Of a stretch of 32,000 bases of DNA, positions 1 through 8,755 are shown piece by piece. Below the pieces are notes generated by a model. The model searched no databases, was not told the DNA's origin, and saw only the letters and a program-made list of their open reading frames with translations. Origin of the DNA: Nitrosopumilus sp. b3 (GTDB lineage: Archaea > Thermoproteota > Nitrososphaeria > Nitrososphaerales > Nitrosopumilaceae); the NCBI RefSeq assembly GCF_014078525.1, contig NZ_MU078695.1, positions 125,174-157,173 of the forward strand, in the 5' to 3' direction. Positions within the stretch are counted from its first letter, which is position 1, and the number at the start of each line of letters is the position of its first letter. Position numbers and translations under genes: made by a program.

Positions 1-44
1 ATTCAGATAAACCTGCAAAAGAAGCTGAAGTAGAGGCAAGTTAA
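1..44 (+). CDS. 3' end of an upstream CDS, truncated by the window edge (...SDKPAKEAEVEAS*)
   Basis: Frame 3 is open from the window edge to TAA at 42-44, directly upstream of spt4. Product cannot be determined from 14 codons. RNA polymerase subunit E' often precedes spt4 in archaea, but that is only a guess here. Confidence 0.3.
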   Translation, partial: SDKPAKEAEVEAS

Positions 45-45
45 G

Positions 46-234
46 ATGGCACGAGAAATGGCATGCCGTAAATGTAAGTTTGTTACAACAGGTAAAGTTT
101 GTCCAGGTTGCAAGTCATCAGATTTGACACCGGACTGGAGTGGAATTGTTCTAGTAGTTGATCCTACAAATTCAGAGATTTCAAAAACTCTAGGAATTAC
201 ACAAAAAGGCAAGTATGCAATCAAAGTAACATAG
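46..234 (+). CDS. spt4: Transcription elongation factor Spt4 (RpoE''-type zinc ribbon)
   Basis: 62 aa with an ATG start. Two CxxC pairs (CRKC...CPGC) are followed by the 'W.G.V.V.DP..S.I' pattern typical of archaeal Spt4. Confidence 0.8.
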   Translation: MAREMACRKCKFVTTGKVCPGCKSSDLTPDWSGIVLVVDPTNSEISKTLGITQKGKYAIKVT

Positions 235-277
235 AAAATTTCTAAATCTTTAAAATCACAGTAATATTTTAACAATA

Positions 278-1096
278 GTGTTGTCATTTAATTCTAAAAA
301 ACAATTATCACAATTTCTTGCTGAAGATATAGGTGCTGGAGACATTACTAGTGTCCTTTTGCCAAAGAAAAAAATTTCAGCTAAAATAATTTCAAGGGAA
401 GATGCCATTGTTGCAGGAGCAAATTATGCAAAAGAGATTTTTAAATTAAAAGGATGTAATGCAAGAATTATTAGAAAAGATGGTTCCAGAGTCAAACCTA
501 ATCAGACTATAATGACAATTTCAGGCGATGCAGGAAAAATTCTCACATGTGAGAGAACTGCATTAAACATACTAACTAGAATGAGTGGAATTGCAACGCA
601 AACTAATCAACTTGTAAAAAAAATCCCAACAAAAACAAAATTGTATGCAACCAGGAAGACTGCCCCAGGGTTAAGATATTTCGATAAAGAAGCAGTAGAG
701 ATTGGCGGAGGTAAAAAACATAGACTCAAACTAGACGAAATGGTCATGATAAAGGATAATCACATTGCAATTGAAGGCTCAATACTATCTCTAATTAAAA
801 AAGCAAAGAAAAGACACAAAAAATTCGAAGTAGAGGTTGAAAAAACATCAGACGCAGTTCTTGCAGCAAAAGAAGGTGCATCAATAATAATGCTAGATAA
901 TTTCACACCAGCACAAATCAAGAAAACAATCCAAGTGCTCAGAAATGAGAAATTAAGAGCCAAAGTAAAACTTGAAGCATCAGGAGGTATTAATTCCAAA
1001 AACATTGCCAGTTTTGGTAAGACAGGAGTAGATATCATATCAGTTGGGAGCATTACAAATTCTGTTAAAGGAATCGATATGAGTTTAGAAATTTAA
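278..1096 (+). CDS. nadC: Nicotinate-nucleotide pyrophosphorylase (quinolinate phosphoribosyltransferase)
   Basis: 272 aa with a GTG start. Motifs 'AEDIGAGDIT', 'TRKTAPGLR', 'HRLKLDEMVMIKDNH' and 'LEASGGI' follow the NadC family pattern. Confidence 0.9.
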   Translation: MLSFNSKKQLSQFLAEDIGAGDITSVLLPKKKISAKIISREDAIVAGANYAKEIFKLKGCNARIIRKDGSRVKPNQTIMTISGDAGKILTCERTALNILTRMSGIATQTNQLVKKIPTKTKLYATRKTAPGLRYFDKEAVEIGGGKKHRLKLDEMVMIKDNHIAIEGSILSLIKKAKKRHKKFEVEVEKTSDAVLAAKEGASIIMLDNFTPAQIKKTIQVLRNEKLRAKVKLEASGGINSKNIASFGKTGVDIISVGSITNSVKGIDMSLEI

Positions 1097-1494
1097 GAAT
1101 TCAATTCTTCTAGTAATTTTAGAACAGATTTATTTTTTGGATCAATTTCTTGAATTTTTTCACAGCATTGAATTGCCCTTTTGTTTTCACCCAATTTTTG
1201 ATGTGAATATGCTTTGAGTAGCAAAACTTCAACATCATATGAAGCAATTTCTAATGCTTTATCAAAGTAAGATATTGCAGTTTTGTACTTGTTTTGTAAA
1301 TAGTAAATTCCACCCATAGTAAACAAAATATCATGATGATGTGGAACTTTGTGCAAAAAATCATTTCCAGATTTTAGAGCAGCAGCATATTTTTTTTCTT
1401 TAACTAGTTTTTTTATTTCTTTTAGTTTTTCAATATTTTTTTTCTTGTTGGGATCTTTTGGAGTTCTACTGAATAATCCAACCAAAGCAGTCAC
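1093..1494 (-). CDS. TPR-repeat protein
   Basis: 133 aa. Repeated 34-aa-like helical units with A/Y/G spacing ('GGIYYLQNKYKTAISYFDKALEI', 'LLLKAYSHQKLGENKRAIQCCEKIQEIDP'). Its 3' end overlaps the 3' end of nadC by 4 bp (convergent genes). Confidence 0.6.
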   Translation of the reverse strand: MTALVGLFSRTPKDPNKKKNIEKLKEIKKLVKEKKYAAALKSGNDFLHKVPHHHDILFTMGGIYYLQNKYKTAISYFDKALEIASYDVEVLLLKAYSHQKLGENKRAIQCCEKIQEIDPKNKSVLKLLEELNS

Positions 1495-1499
1495 GTAGT

Positions 1500-2456
1500 T
1501 TAACTGATTTCAAGCATTCTATTTATTGCCAAACGGGCCTTATCAGCAATTTCTTTTGGGACAGTGATAACATTTTTTTCATTTATCAGTGCATCATACA
1601 CTTTTTCAAGAGTAATCATCTTCATGTATTGGCATTCAGCTTTCTCTGATGCGGGGATGAATGTTTTTCCTGGATTTTGCTGTCGCATTTTATACAAGAT
1701 TCCAGTCTCTGTTGCAACAACAAAGTTTTTTGCTTTTGATTGATGAACATGATTCAACATTCCCTCGGTAGAAAGAATTGAAACTTTTTTGTCATCATAG
1801 CTTCCATCAGCCACATCATACATCATAGGAGTTGTGCAGCTACATTCAGGATGAATTACAAATTCCGCATCTTTCATAGAGTTTAATTTTTCAGTTACAT
1901 CTTCAGGAGTAATTCCAGCATGGACATGGCATTCTCCTGCCCAGATATGCATATTTTTCCTCCCAGTCATTTTTGCAACATAAGAGCCAAGGAACATATC
2001 GGGCAAAAATAATATTTCTTTTTCTTCAGGAATTGCTTTTACAACATTTACCGCATTAGATGAAGTACAACAATAATCTAGTTCCGCTTTAATTTCTGCT
2101 GTCGTATTTACATATCCTACAGCAATTGCACCAGGATGTTGTTTCTTCCAATTGCGTAATTCATCAACAGTTATAGAATCAGATAGAGAGCATCCTGCTT
2201 CCAAATCAGGAAGAAGTACTTTTTTGTCGGGACTAATAATTGCAGCAGTTTCTGCCATAAAATTTACACCGCAAAATAAAATCGTCTTTTGGTCTACAGT
2301 AGCGGCCTGCCTTGAAAGTCCCAAAGAATCACCAGTAAAATCTGCAACATCTTGCACATCAGGAATTTGATAATTATGTGCTAAAATTACCACATCTTTT
2401 TCTTTCTTGAGTCTCAGAATCTCTTCTTTAAGCTGAGATGATTGTTGAACCAACAT
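1500..2456 (-). CDS. nadA: Quinolinate synthase
   Basis: 318 aa. 'VILAHNYQ', 'GVNFMAETA', 'YVNTTAE' and 'IHPEC' follow the NadA three-domain pattern with conserved Cys residues for the Fe-S cluster. Confidence 0.9.
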   Translation of the reverse strand: MLVQQSSQLKEEILRLKKEKDVVILAHNYQIPDVQDVADFTGDSLGLSRQAATVDQKTILFCGVNFMAETAAIISPDKKVLLPDLEAGCSLSDSITVDELRNWKKQHPGAIAVGYVNTTAEIKAELDYCCTSSNAVNVVKAIPEEKEILFLPDMFLGSYVAKMTGRKNMHIWAGECHVHAGITPEDVTEKLNSMKDAEFVIHPECSCTTPMMYDVADGSYDDKKVSILSTEGMLNHVHQSKAKNFVVATETGILYKMRQQNPGKTFIPASEKAECQYMKMITLEKVYDALINEKNVITVPKEIADKARLAINRMLEIS

Positions 2457-2549
2457 AGGCTACAAAATTTTGAGTTTGTAGGGATTTAAAGAATGGGAAG
2501 TAGTCCAGAATTCTCTAAAAATATGGTTAATGTGGCAATTATTGCCAGA

Positions 2550-3368
2550 TCAGGTACCTATCTGAATATCATCAGAGCAGTATTTTCGCAAAGTTTCGAT
2601 TGCAGATAAAATTGCTAAACGGCTTGTTTTAGGATTGTTAGAATCTGGGAAATTTTCTATTGTAAAGTTCATCTTTCCAAATTTTCCTGCTGCCTCAATG
2701 TGGTGAGTGTTTTTATCAGTATTTGGATCAGCAATGATTTTGACAATTGTTTTTTCACTTCCGATTCCAGATAATGAAAGGAGTGCTGCAACATTGATGT
2801 TTGCAGGAAACAGTGAAACTGCTTCTTTTGCAGTTCCTTCAAAGATTGTAGTAGAATCACTAATAGCATTCAAATCGATTTGAGAAGTTTCAAAAAACTT
2901 TGCACCTTTCAGAGAACGTGGGTGTTTTGTTGTTGTGAGTGATACAGACTCTAACTCATCTTTAACAGATTTAATACCATCCAAACCGGCAATTGCACCA
3001 GAGGGCAGATAGATAGTTTTTTTGAAATGCTCACAGGCATCAGACAAAATATCATAAATTGATTCATCTAGTAACGCACCAACACTCATGATCATCAAAT
3101 CACGTTTATTTTGCAAGACACTAAGGCCAACATCTTTTACGGCATCTTGAGATGCAGCTTCAACTACAATGTTTATACTATGAGAAGATAAGAGATGGGA
3201 GTTTTCAACTATTTCGGGTTTTGAGTTTAATTTTGAGACAAGTTCGATTGCAGTTTCCTTTGATGCATCATAAACATGTGTTAGAATCCCAGGGATTTTT
3301 CCTGAATCAATAGCAAGAGCAATTTGAGTTCCTATTGCTCCACATCCCAACAAACCTATTCGTTTCAA
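2550..3368 (-). CDS. nadX: L-aspartate dehydrogenase (NAD biosynthesis, used instead of NadB)
   Basis: 272 aa. N-terminal Rossmann motif 'IGLLGCGAIGT'. Length and the C-terminal 'NTHHIEAAG' resemble the TM1643-type aspartate dehydrogenase family. Clustered with nadA and nadC. Confidence 0.75.
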   Translation of the reverse strand: MKRIGLLGCGAIGTQIALAIDSGKIPGILTHVYDASKETAIELVSKLNSKPEIVENSHLLSSHSINIVVEAASQDAVKDVGLSVLQNKRDLMIMSVGALLDESIYDILSDACEHFKKTIYLPSGAIAGLDGIKSVKDELESVSLTTTKHPRSLKGAKFFETSQIDLNAISDSTTIFEGTAKEAVSLFPANINVAALLSLSGIGSEKTIVKIIADPNTDKNTHHIEAAGKFGKMNFTIENFPDSNNPKTSRLAILSAIETLRKYCSDDIQIGT

Positions 3369-3391
3369 GTAATAACACTAGAAAGACTCAC

Positions 3392-4006
3392 TTAATTAAT
3401 TCTAGTCCAACCTTTTACTAGTGGATTCTTTTGTGCTGTGTAGATTATTGCCAGTATAGAAACTCCAAGAATCAAAATTGTCAATCCTTCAAATTCCGGG
3501 ATAACTCTAGTTCCAATAATTTCAATATTTTCAGTACCTTCTGAAATTACCAAACCAACAACATAGTCATTTGGGTATTTCATCAAATCATATCCTGTAT
3601 CTACTCCATCAACTAGTACTTTGAATTTTTCACCTTCAGCATAAAGGACATCTTCAGGAGTTCTTACCCAAAAATCAGTTTTTTCTGGAACATCCTCCAT
3701 GACAATTTCTATTGATTTTCTTTCTTGGTTTATTTTCATCGATGATAGTACTGGGTATTGATGTTCAGTTCCCATTGAATCAAGACTACCCCGATATCCA
3801 TAGTAAATATCATATAATTTTTCATCAAATTCAAAAGTAACTTTTTCGGATTCTATTTGAGAGATGTCAAGGTATTGAGCATACGCATCAGTTGCGAATA
3901 TGTGTTCAGTAAAAGCGTAGCTTGATGTAGGTATTATCAAAACTAAAAGAAGAGCAAAAACATATCGAATCAAGTAGAAATAGTACGATTCCACCACATA
4001 TAACAA
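3392..4006 (-). CDS. Secreted surface protein with a PEFG-CTERM-like anchor
   Basis: The C-terminus 'IPEFEGLTILILGVSILAIIYTAQKN' has a PEF(E)G motif, a TM helix and basic residues, like the thaumarchaeal PEFG-CTERM sorting signal. The body is paralogous to 22299..22850 and 24690..25556 ('VLVDG', 'ENIEIIGT'). The start is uncertain: TTG at 4006, or an internal TTG giving MIRYVFALLLVL... Confidence 0.6.
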   Translation of the reverse strand: MLYVVESYYFYLIRYVFALLLVLIIPTSSYAFTEHIFATDAYAQYLDISQIESEKVTFEFDEKLYDIYYGYRGSLDSMGTEHQYPVLSSMKINQERKSIEIVMEDVPEKTDFWVRTPEDVLYAEGEKFKVLVDGVDTGYDLMKYPNDYVVGLVISEGTENIEIIGTRVIPEFEGLTILILGVSILAIIYTAQKNPLVKGWTRIN

Positions 4007-4095
4007 AATAGTTAATTGTCAATTTTGGTTTTCTATTAGAAATAAACTATAATTTATCACTAAATTATTTATGTAAAGAAAATCAAAAATGTCTA

Positions 4096-5070
4096 TTGAA
4101 TGTTTTCCAAATAGCAATAATTTGTAGTATTTTTCTCATAGTTTTTCAACCAGTATTTGGAGACATTGATTCGCCTAGAAAACAGATGCAACGTGGAATC
4201 ATGCCTCAGAATGTTATTTGTGAGACAGAATTAGAATTAGTAATCAGAACAAATGGCTTTGCTGCCTGTGTAAGACCTGAAACTGCAGAGAAAATGCAAA
4301 AACTAGGAATGCTATTCATTCCAATCAAATTCACAGATTTACAAAAAGAATTCAAAACAGTTTCAGCTTCAGAAAAAGAAATAGAAACTATTCCTGCATC
4401 AAGTATGTCAATTGTTAATTTCTACATAAAAGATCAAGACTTGAATGTAGCACATAATGCAGTTGAAGAGATTTCCACACAAGGATTGTTTGAATTTACA
4501 ATCAATGGAATTGAGATTAGCGGTCCTCAAAAAATGATTGAGACAGGGCCAAATACTGGTGAATTTTATATCAGACTAGAATTACCATCTACAATCAATG
4601 GAAAGCCATTGAGTCAAGATGATGTGGTTATCATAAAATACCTAGATGAATCAGATGTTGCTGGAGATAAAAGAATACTTGTAAAATCATTTCCTTTGAC
4701 TTCTACATTTGCCAAAGTTGAAACTTTGGGAGGGGGTTCTAGAATTGGACACGAGTTCACATTAAGAATTTACGAACCTGATGCAAATAGAGACTCGAAA
4801 GATGAAGACAAGATCCCATTAAGTTCATTTGAATTCAGAGGTGAAGGAGGAATTAGAACGACACTAGCAAATCCAAGATTTGATGCAAATTCCAGTTCTT
4901 TAATTGAGACAGGTCCCAATACAAGCACATTTGAAGTAAAGATAAAGATCCCAAGAGAGTTAGACGGCAAAGTAATTCACATCGGGGACAAATATGAAAT
5001 CAGGTACATAGATAGAAGTACGCCTTCAGGAACTGATGAAAAAATTATCTATAAAGGGAGAATTGGATAA
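4096..5070 (+). CDS. Secreted protein with two internal ETGPNT-motif repeat domains
   Basis: TTG start and a signal-peptide-like N-terminus (IAIICSIFLIVFQPVFG). The motif 'IETGPNTGEFYIRLELP' (from 4537) recurs as 'IETGPNTSTFEVKIKIP' (from 4903), 122 codons apart. Confidence 0.55.
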   Translation: MNVFQIAIICSIFLIVFQPVFGDIDSPRKQMQRGIMPQNVICETELELVIRTNGFAACVRPETAEKMQKLGMLFIPIKFTDLQKEFKTVSASEKEIETIPASSMSIVNFYIKDQDLNVAHNAVEEISTQGLFEFTINGIEISGPQKMIETGPNTGEFYIRLELPSTINGKPLSQDDVVIIKYLDESDVAGDKRILVKSFPLTSTFAKVETLGGGSRIGHEFTLRIYEPDANRDSKDEDKIPLSSFEFRGEGGIRTTLANPRFDANSSSLIETGPNTSTFEVKIKIPRELDGKVIHIGDKYEIRYIDRSTPSGTDEKIIYKGRIG

Positions 5071-5272
5071 AAATCAATTTTAATTAAATTTTAAAAATAC
5101 CATTTAATTTAAAAATTTCAGGCACAAATTAAATGGTAAAAAATGGATTTGAAAAAAATCACACCTAGTAATTTAATTTAATTTCAAAAAAGAACTTGAA
5201 TAAATGTATTTAATTTTTCAAAAAGATTTTCAAGACTAATTAATCAAAAAACCAATCTTAGTTGGGAACAAA

Positions 5273-5716
5273 ATGAAACGAGGTAGACCTACCAAAAATG
5301 ATGAAGAAAAGATCAAACAGAGAATTTTGGAATACTATGAAAAAGATATTTCGGCAACTGTTGCTGCAAAAGAATTAGGGGTTAACCCCAAAACAATTTA
5401 CAAACATTATAAAAATTGGGATGCTCAAAAATTAGGCATAGATGAAAAAGATTTTCTATCACGCATTAAAAATACAAAAGAAAGATCTATTCAATCTTTA
5501 GAGGAAGACATTATTTCATTATCCAAAGAAATTGACAGGATCGAATTTCTAATGGAAAAGTCATTACAAAATGGAAATATTTTAGAATATGAAAAATTAG
5601 CAAAATTGAAACTAAAGACTATGAATCAAAGAACAAAAACCATATCTGCAAAAATCAATCTTGTAGGAGCACCAACTGCAGATATTTTGATTAATAATGA
5701 GGGGATGTTAGCATGA
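5273..5716 (+). CDS. Terminase small-subunit-like HTH protein
   Basis: 147 aa. N-terminal helix-turn-helix ('ISATVAAKELGVNPKTIYKHYKNW') followed by a coiled-coil-like region. Sits immediately upstream of TerL with a 4-bp ATGA overlap, the classic TerS-TerL order. Confidence 0.5.
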   Translation: MKRGRPTKNDEEKIKQRILEYYEKDISATVAAKELGVNPKTIYKHYKNWDAQKLGIDEKDFLSRIKNTKERSIQSLEEDIISLSKEIDRIEFLMEKSLQNGNILEYEKLAKLKLKTMNQRTKTISAKINLVGAPTADILINNEGMLA

Positions 5717-7488
5717 CGTATAATTTAGTACAATGGAAAAAATCACATGAAAAATTAGCAAGAGTGTATTTGAAGAAAATTAACAAACTAAATCCACTTC
5801 CAATAGACATTATGGATTGGATCAAAGTTGCAAGACCAAAAGTCGAAAATAAGGAGCGAGAATTTCTTACATGTCCATTTTGGATTCCAATTTACAACGA
5901 TCCTCACAATTATCAGATGATAATTGGTGGGCGGCAAATATACAAATCAACTGCATGTACGGATTTTATCGCATGTGAGGCAACTTCGCATCCAGGAATT
6001 CAAGTATGCTATGTAACTCACGACCAAGGAAGTCTATCAGCATTTTCTAAACAAAAATTAAAGATTGGGACATTTTTAGTAAATCCAATTCTTTCAAAAT
6101 ATTTACGCAATCCTGGAAACATAGGAGAGATTTCACTAAAAAATAACAGTACAATCTATCTAGTAACTGACAACTATCAATATCGGCATTTAGAGGGAAA
6201 ATCACCCTCATTATGCATTCTAGATGAAGCTCAATACCAAGATGTAGAATATTTTGGAAGAGTGCATCAAACAATGATGGCAACAAAAGGTAAAGTGAAG
6301 GTCTTTGGGATTGGAGGAGAAGCTGGAAGTCCTTATGAAAAATTATGGAATGAGACAAATCAAATGGAATGGTTTTATGACAATCCAGAATGGCGAGAAA
6401 ATTTACAGTATGATCATAAAGGGTTGATTAAAGATCAGTATCTTGAAGAGTTGTTGAGGGGAAAATGGATTCCACAAAATAAATCTGCAGAATCATTTCA
6501 TGGGTATCACATACCACAATCAATTTTTCCCACAATTCCATTGACAAAACAAGATGCAATTGAAAAATACAAGATTCATCCTAGATTTTCAATTGAATAC
6601 CAAAAAGAGACATTGAAAGATTCAGAATTTAGATCACATGTAACTGGAACGTTTTACAAAAGTCCACATAGACCCATCACAAAAAAGATGATAGATGATT
6701 GTACAGAGTATTATAGATATTTACAACTGTTAAAAGAAGATGAAGTTAAAAAACTGAAAGAAACATTTGGTGATGAGATAACTATTGCAATGGGGGTTGA
6801 TTTTGGTTCAGGCGCTTCCAGTTTTACAGCAATATCAATTATAATTTTATGACACAAATCAAATAGAATACAGATTGCATTTATAGAGAAAAGGCATCCA
6901 GAGAATCAATTAAAACAAGCACAATATATTGCAGATTTATTTGAAAGATTTTCTTGTGATATTGGAGTTGGTGATTTGGGTTATAGTGCAAATCAAGTAA
7001 AAATAATACAAGAGGGAGGATTTTCGGTAGACTCAGGAGAGGCATTCAAAGGTGTAACAAATAATAAATTTTTTGGGTGTCGTACTATTTCAGATAACAC
7101 AAAACCCATTCAAATTTTTGATGAAACAACGGATGAGCACGGAGACCAAGTTGGTAGAATCCAGATAGATAAAACATCAAGCATAGAACTTTTGATTGAA
7201 AGTATGGAGAACATAGTATTTCATCCAGCATACCATAAGGATAAAAATAGAAGCAGGGCAAAGTTAATCATCCCATCAAAGTACGATTATGAAATAGATT
7301 TTCTCTTAACGGATCTTAATAACATAACTCGCAAAGACATTCAAGATATGGAGAAAATTATTTCAGATCCTCGTCAGCGTCCAAGAAAAGAATACAACCA
7401 CCCACCAGATTCTGTAATGTCTTTGATTTATGGAATAGTAGCATTAAAGGTGAAAGATCAAACAAAATGGCACTGGGTGAGCGGATAA
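5713..7488 (+). pseudogene. Terminase large subunit (TerL) of a head-tail virus, interrupted by one in-frame TGA at 6850-6852
   Basis: ORFs 5713..6852 and 6976..7488 are in the same frame. My translation of 6853-6975 has no further stop (HKSNRIQIAFIEKRHPENQLKQAQYIADLFERFSCDIGVGD). Walker A-like 'GGRQIYKST', Walker B 'LCILDEAQ', and RNase H-like nuclease Asp motifs 'MGVDFGSG', 'IGVGDLGY', 'HPPDSVMSL'. Confidence 0.75.
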
Positions 7489-7509
7489 AAGAAATTGTTG
7501 AGCCTATAA

Positions 7510-7535
7510 AGTATCTATTGTATGCATACTATACT
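7510..7535. promoter_or_regulatory. Candidate operator copy 1 (AGTAT-N5-GTATGCATAC-T-ATACT) upstream of nurA
   Basis: The perfect 10-bp palindrome GTATGCATAC is at 7520-7529, preceded by AGTAT with a 5-nt spacer and just downstream of TATAAA (7505-7510). The same architecture occurs at 14191 and 15331. Confidence 0.5.
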
Positions 7536-7657
7536 CATATTTCTTAATACGGGTTCCATTAGAGATTTTTCCATGAAACAAGCTAAAACTCTGATAACTA
7601 ACAGTCAGATTATTACTCTAGGAAAATATCATACCACTCAGAGGGGAGAAATTACAC

Positions 7658-8755
7658 ATGAATGAAGATCCAGTAAAAAGTATGATTGCAGAATTGGGTG
7701 CTCATCTTTCACAAAAAGAGCATTCAGATATTGTTTTAAACAATGGGAATGGAAAGCAGTTTCTCATTGCACCTTCAGAGTTTGTTGAAATAAAATCTAC
7801 AGATGCACCACGTAAGATTGCCTTTGTTGATGGGGGTGATGGTCCATTAGAAGAGTCACCAAACTTTTTAATCACAATTAATCGGGTGTACTTTTCATTG
7901 TTCCAGGGGAAAAATAGAATAAAACCTAAAGAGAATCCACGAGTTCAGTTCTTCTCTTCTGTGACGTCAAATATTCAAACCGAAAATGGTAAAAAAATAG
8001 TTAGTTATGATACAAAGTTATTTCCTCACACTACGGAGGATAAAAAATATCTCCCAGCAGAGTCTGATCTGACTTCAAACACAGAGAGTACTACAGTTTT
8101 GCAAGGCTCAAGATTGAATTCATTAGGAAGACGATTTGCTGAATGGCAATTGGCAATTCATGTTGTAGAGTCAGAACTTGAGAAAGGAGACATGATAGTT
8201 ATGGATGGGTCTCTGCAGACTAATTTTAAAAATGAACTAAAATATGCAAATAGATTGTATGATTTGGCAATAAGTAAGGGAGTAATTGTGTGTGGTTTGG
8301 CAAAGACTAGTAGATTAATTACAGAGTCGGGTCACCCGTTACTTGCACGAGTTGCAGAGATTGCTGAAGACGTTCCATTTGGAAAATGGTATGTCAAAGT
8401 TGCAGAAGAGGTTTCAGGGGATGATAGAGGGTTTATGCTTGCAGTAAAGTTTCATGAAAAATCAAGATACGTATTTAGATTTGAGATTCTTCGTGAACAA
8501 TTTTCTTCTATGAGTCCTGATGAGTTGAACTCAGTTCTTGCTAGTTTGGTTGAGAATTCCCAGGATGTAGCCATGATTGGCTATCCATATGGGGCAATTG
8601 ATGCAGACAGATTTGCTCAAGTTAGGCGTGATGAGTTGGGAATGTATCAAGGGTTTATTCTATCAGAGAAACTCAGAGACCCTATTTGGAAGAGGCTGCA
8701 AAAATATTCTGCTAGTCTGTCAGCTCATGATACACTGAATGGAGTGACTAGTTGA
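7658..8755 (+). CDS. nurA: NurA 5'-3' nuclease
   Basis: 365 aa. Catalytic-type motifs 'IAFVDGG' and 'MIVMDGSL' plus 'GLAKTS' fit the NurA domain. First gene of the nurA-herA-mre11-rad50 cluster, with a purine-rich GAGGGGAG upstream of the ATG. Confidence 0.8.
   Translation: MNEDPVKSMIAELGAHLSQKEHSDIVLNNGNGKQFLIAPSEFVEIKSTDAPRKIAFVDGGDGPLEESPNFLITINRVYFSLFQGKNRIKPKENPRVQFFSSVTSNIQTENGKKIVSYDTKLFPHTTEDKKYLPAESDLTSNTESTTVLQGSRLNSLGRRFAEWQLAIHVVESELEKGDMIVMDGSLQTNFKNELKYANRLYDLAISKGVIVCGLAKTSRLITESGHPLLARVAEIAEDVPFGKWYVKVAEEVSGDDRGFMLAVKFHEKSRYVFRFEILREQFSSMSPDELNSVLASLVENSQDVAMIGYPYGAIDADRFAQVRRDELGMYQGFILSEKLRDPIWKRLQKYSASLSAHDTLNGVTS

Noticed and set aside
760-1053. Antisense or overlapping ORFs nested in longer, well-supported genes. 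ORF-track entries on the opposite strand to the host gene: 3..287, 760..1053, 2152..2370, 4770..4970, 6047..6358, 8720..8902, 9560..9745, 9660..9998, 10329..10601, 11161..11412, 12158..12364, 12536..12832, 15076..15303, 17523..17729, 17748..17990, 20814..21011, 22001..22240, 24396..24578, 24722..24970, 25717..25911, 26094..26357, 26354..26542, 28253..28549, 28619..29095, 29231..29530, 31106..31369 and 31394..31744. One same-strand, out-of-frame entry: 2669..2869.
   Set aside because: Each lies inside a longer ORF with clear family motifs. Their translations are low-complexity or mirror the codon bias of the host gene. No independent start or promoter signal is visible.
2460-2481. 7-bp inverted repeat CTACAAA-N8-TTTGTAG immediately upstream of the nadA start, as a possible NAD-regulator operator
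   Set aside because: It is too short to distinguish from chance in AT-rich sequence, and no second copy occurs near nadC or nadX.
5115-5124. Putative att direct repeat: ATTTCAGGCA at 5115-5124 and 16835-16844, on the two borders of the block
   Set aside because: It is only a 10-bp match in AT-rich DNA between two gaps of a few hundred bp, which is plausibly chance. No integrase or tRNA gene supports it.
6850-6852. The TGA in TerL as selenocysteine or programmed recoding
   Set aside because: I see no SECIS-like structure or recoding signal nearby, and I know of no such recoding in this lineage. A nonsense mutation or a sequencing error is the simpler explanation.
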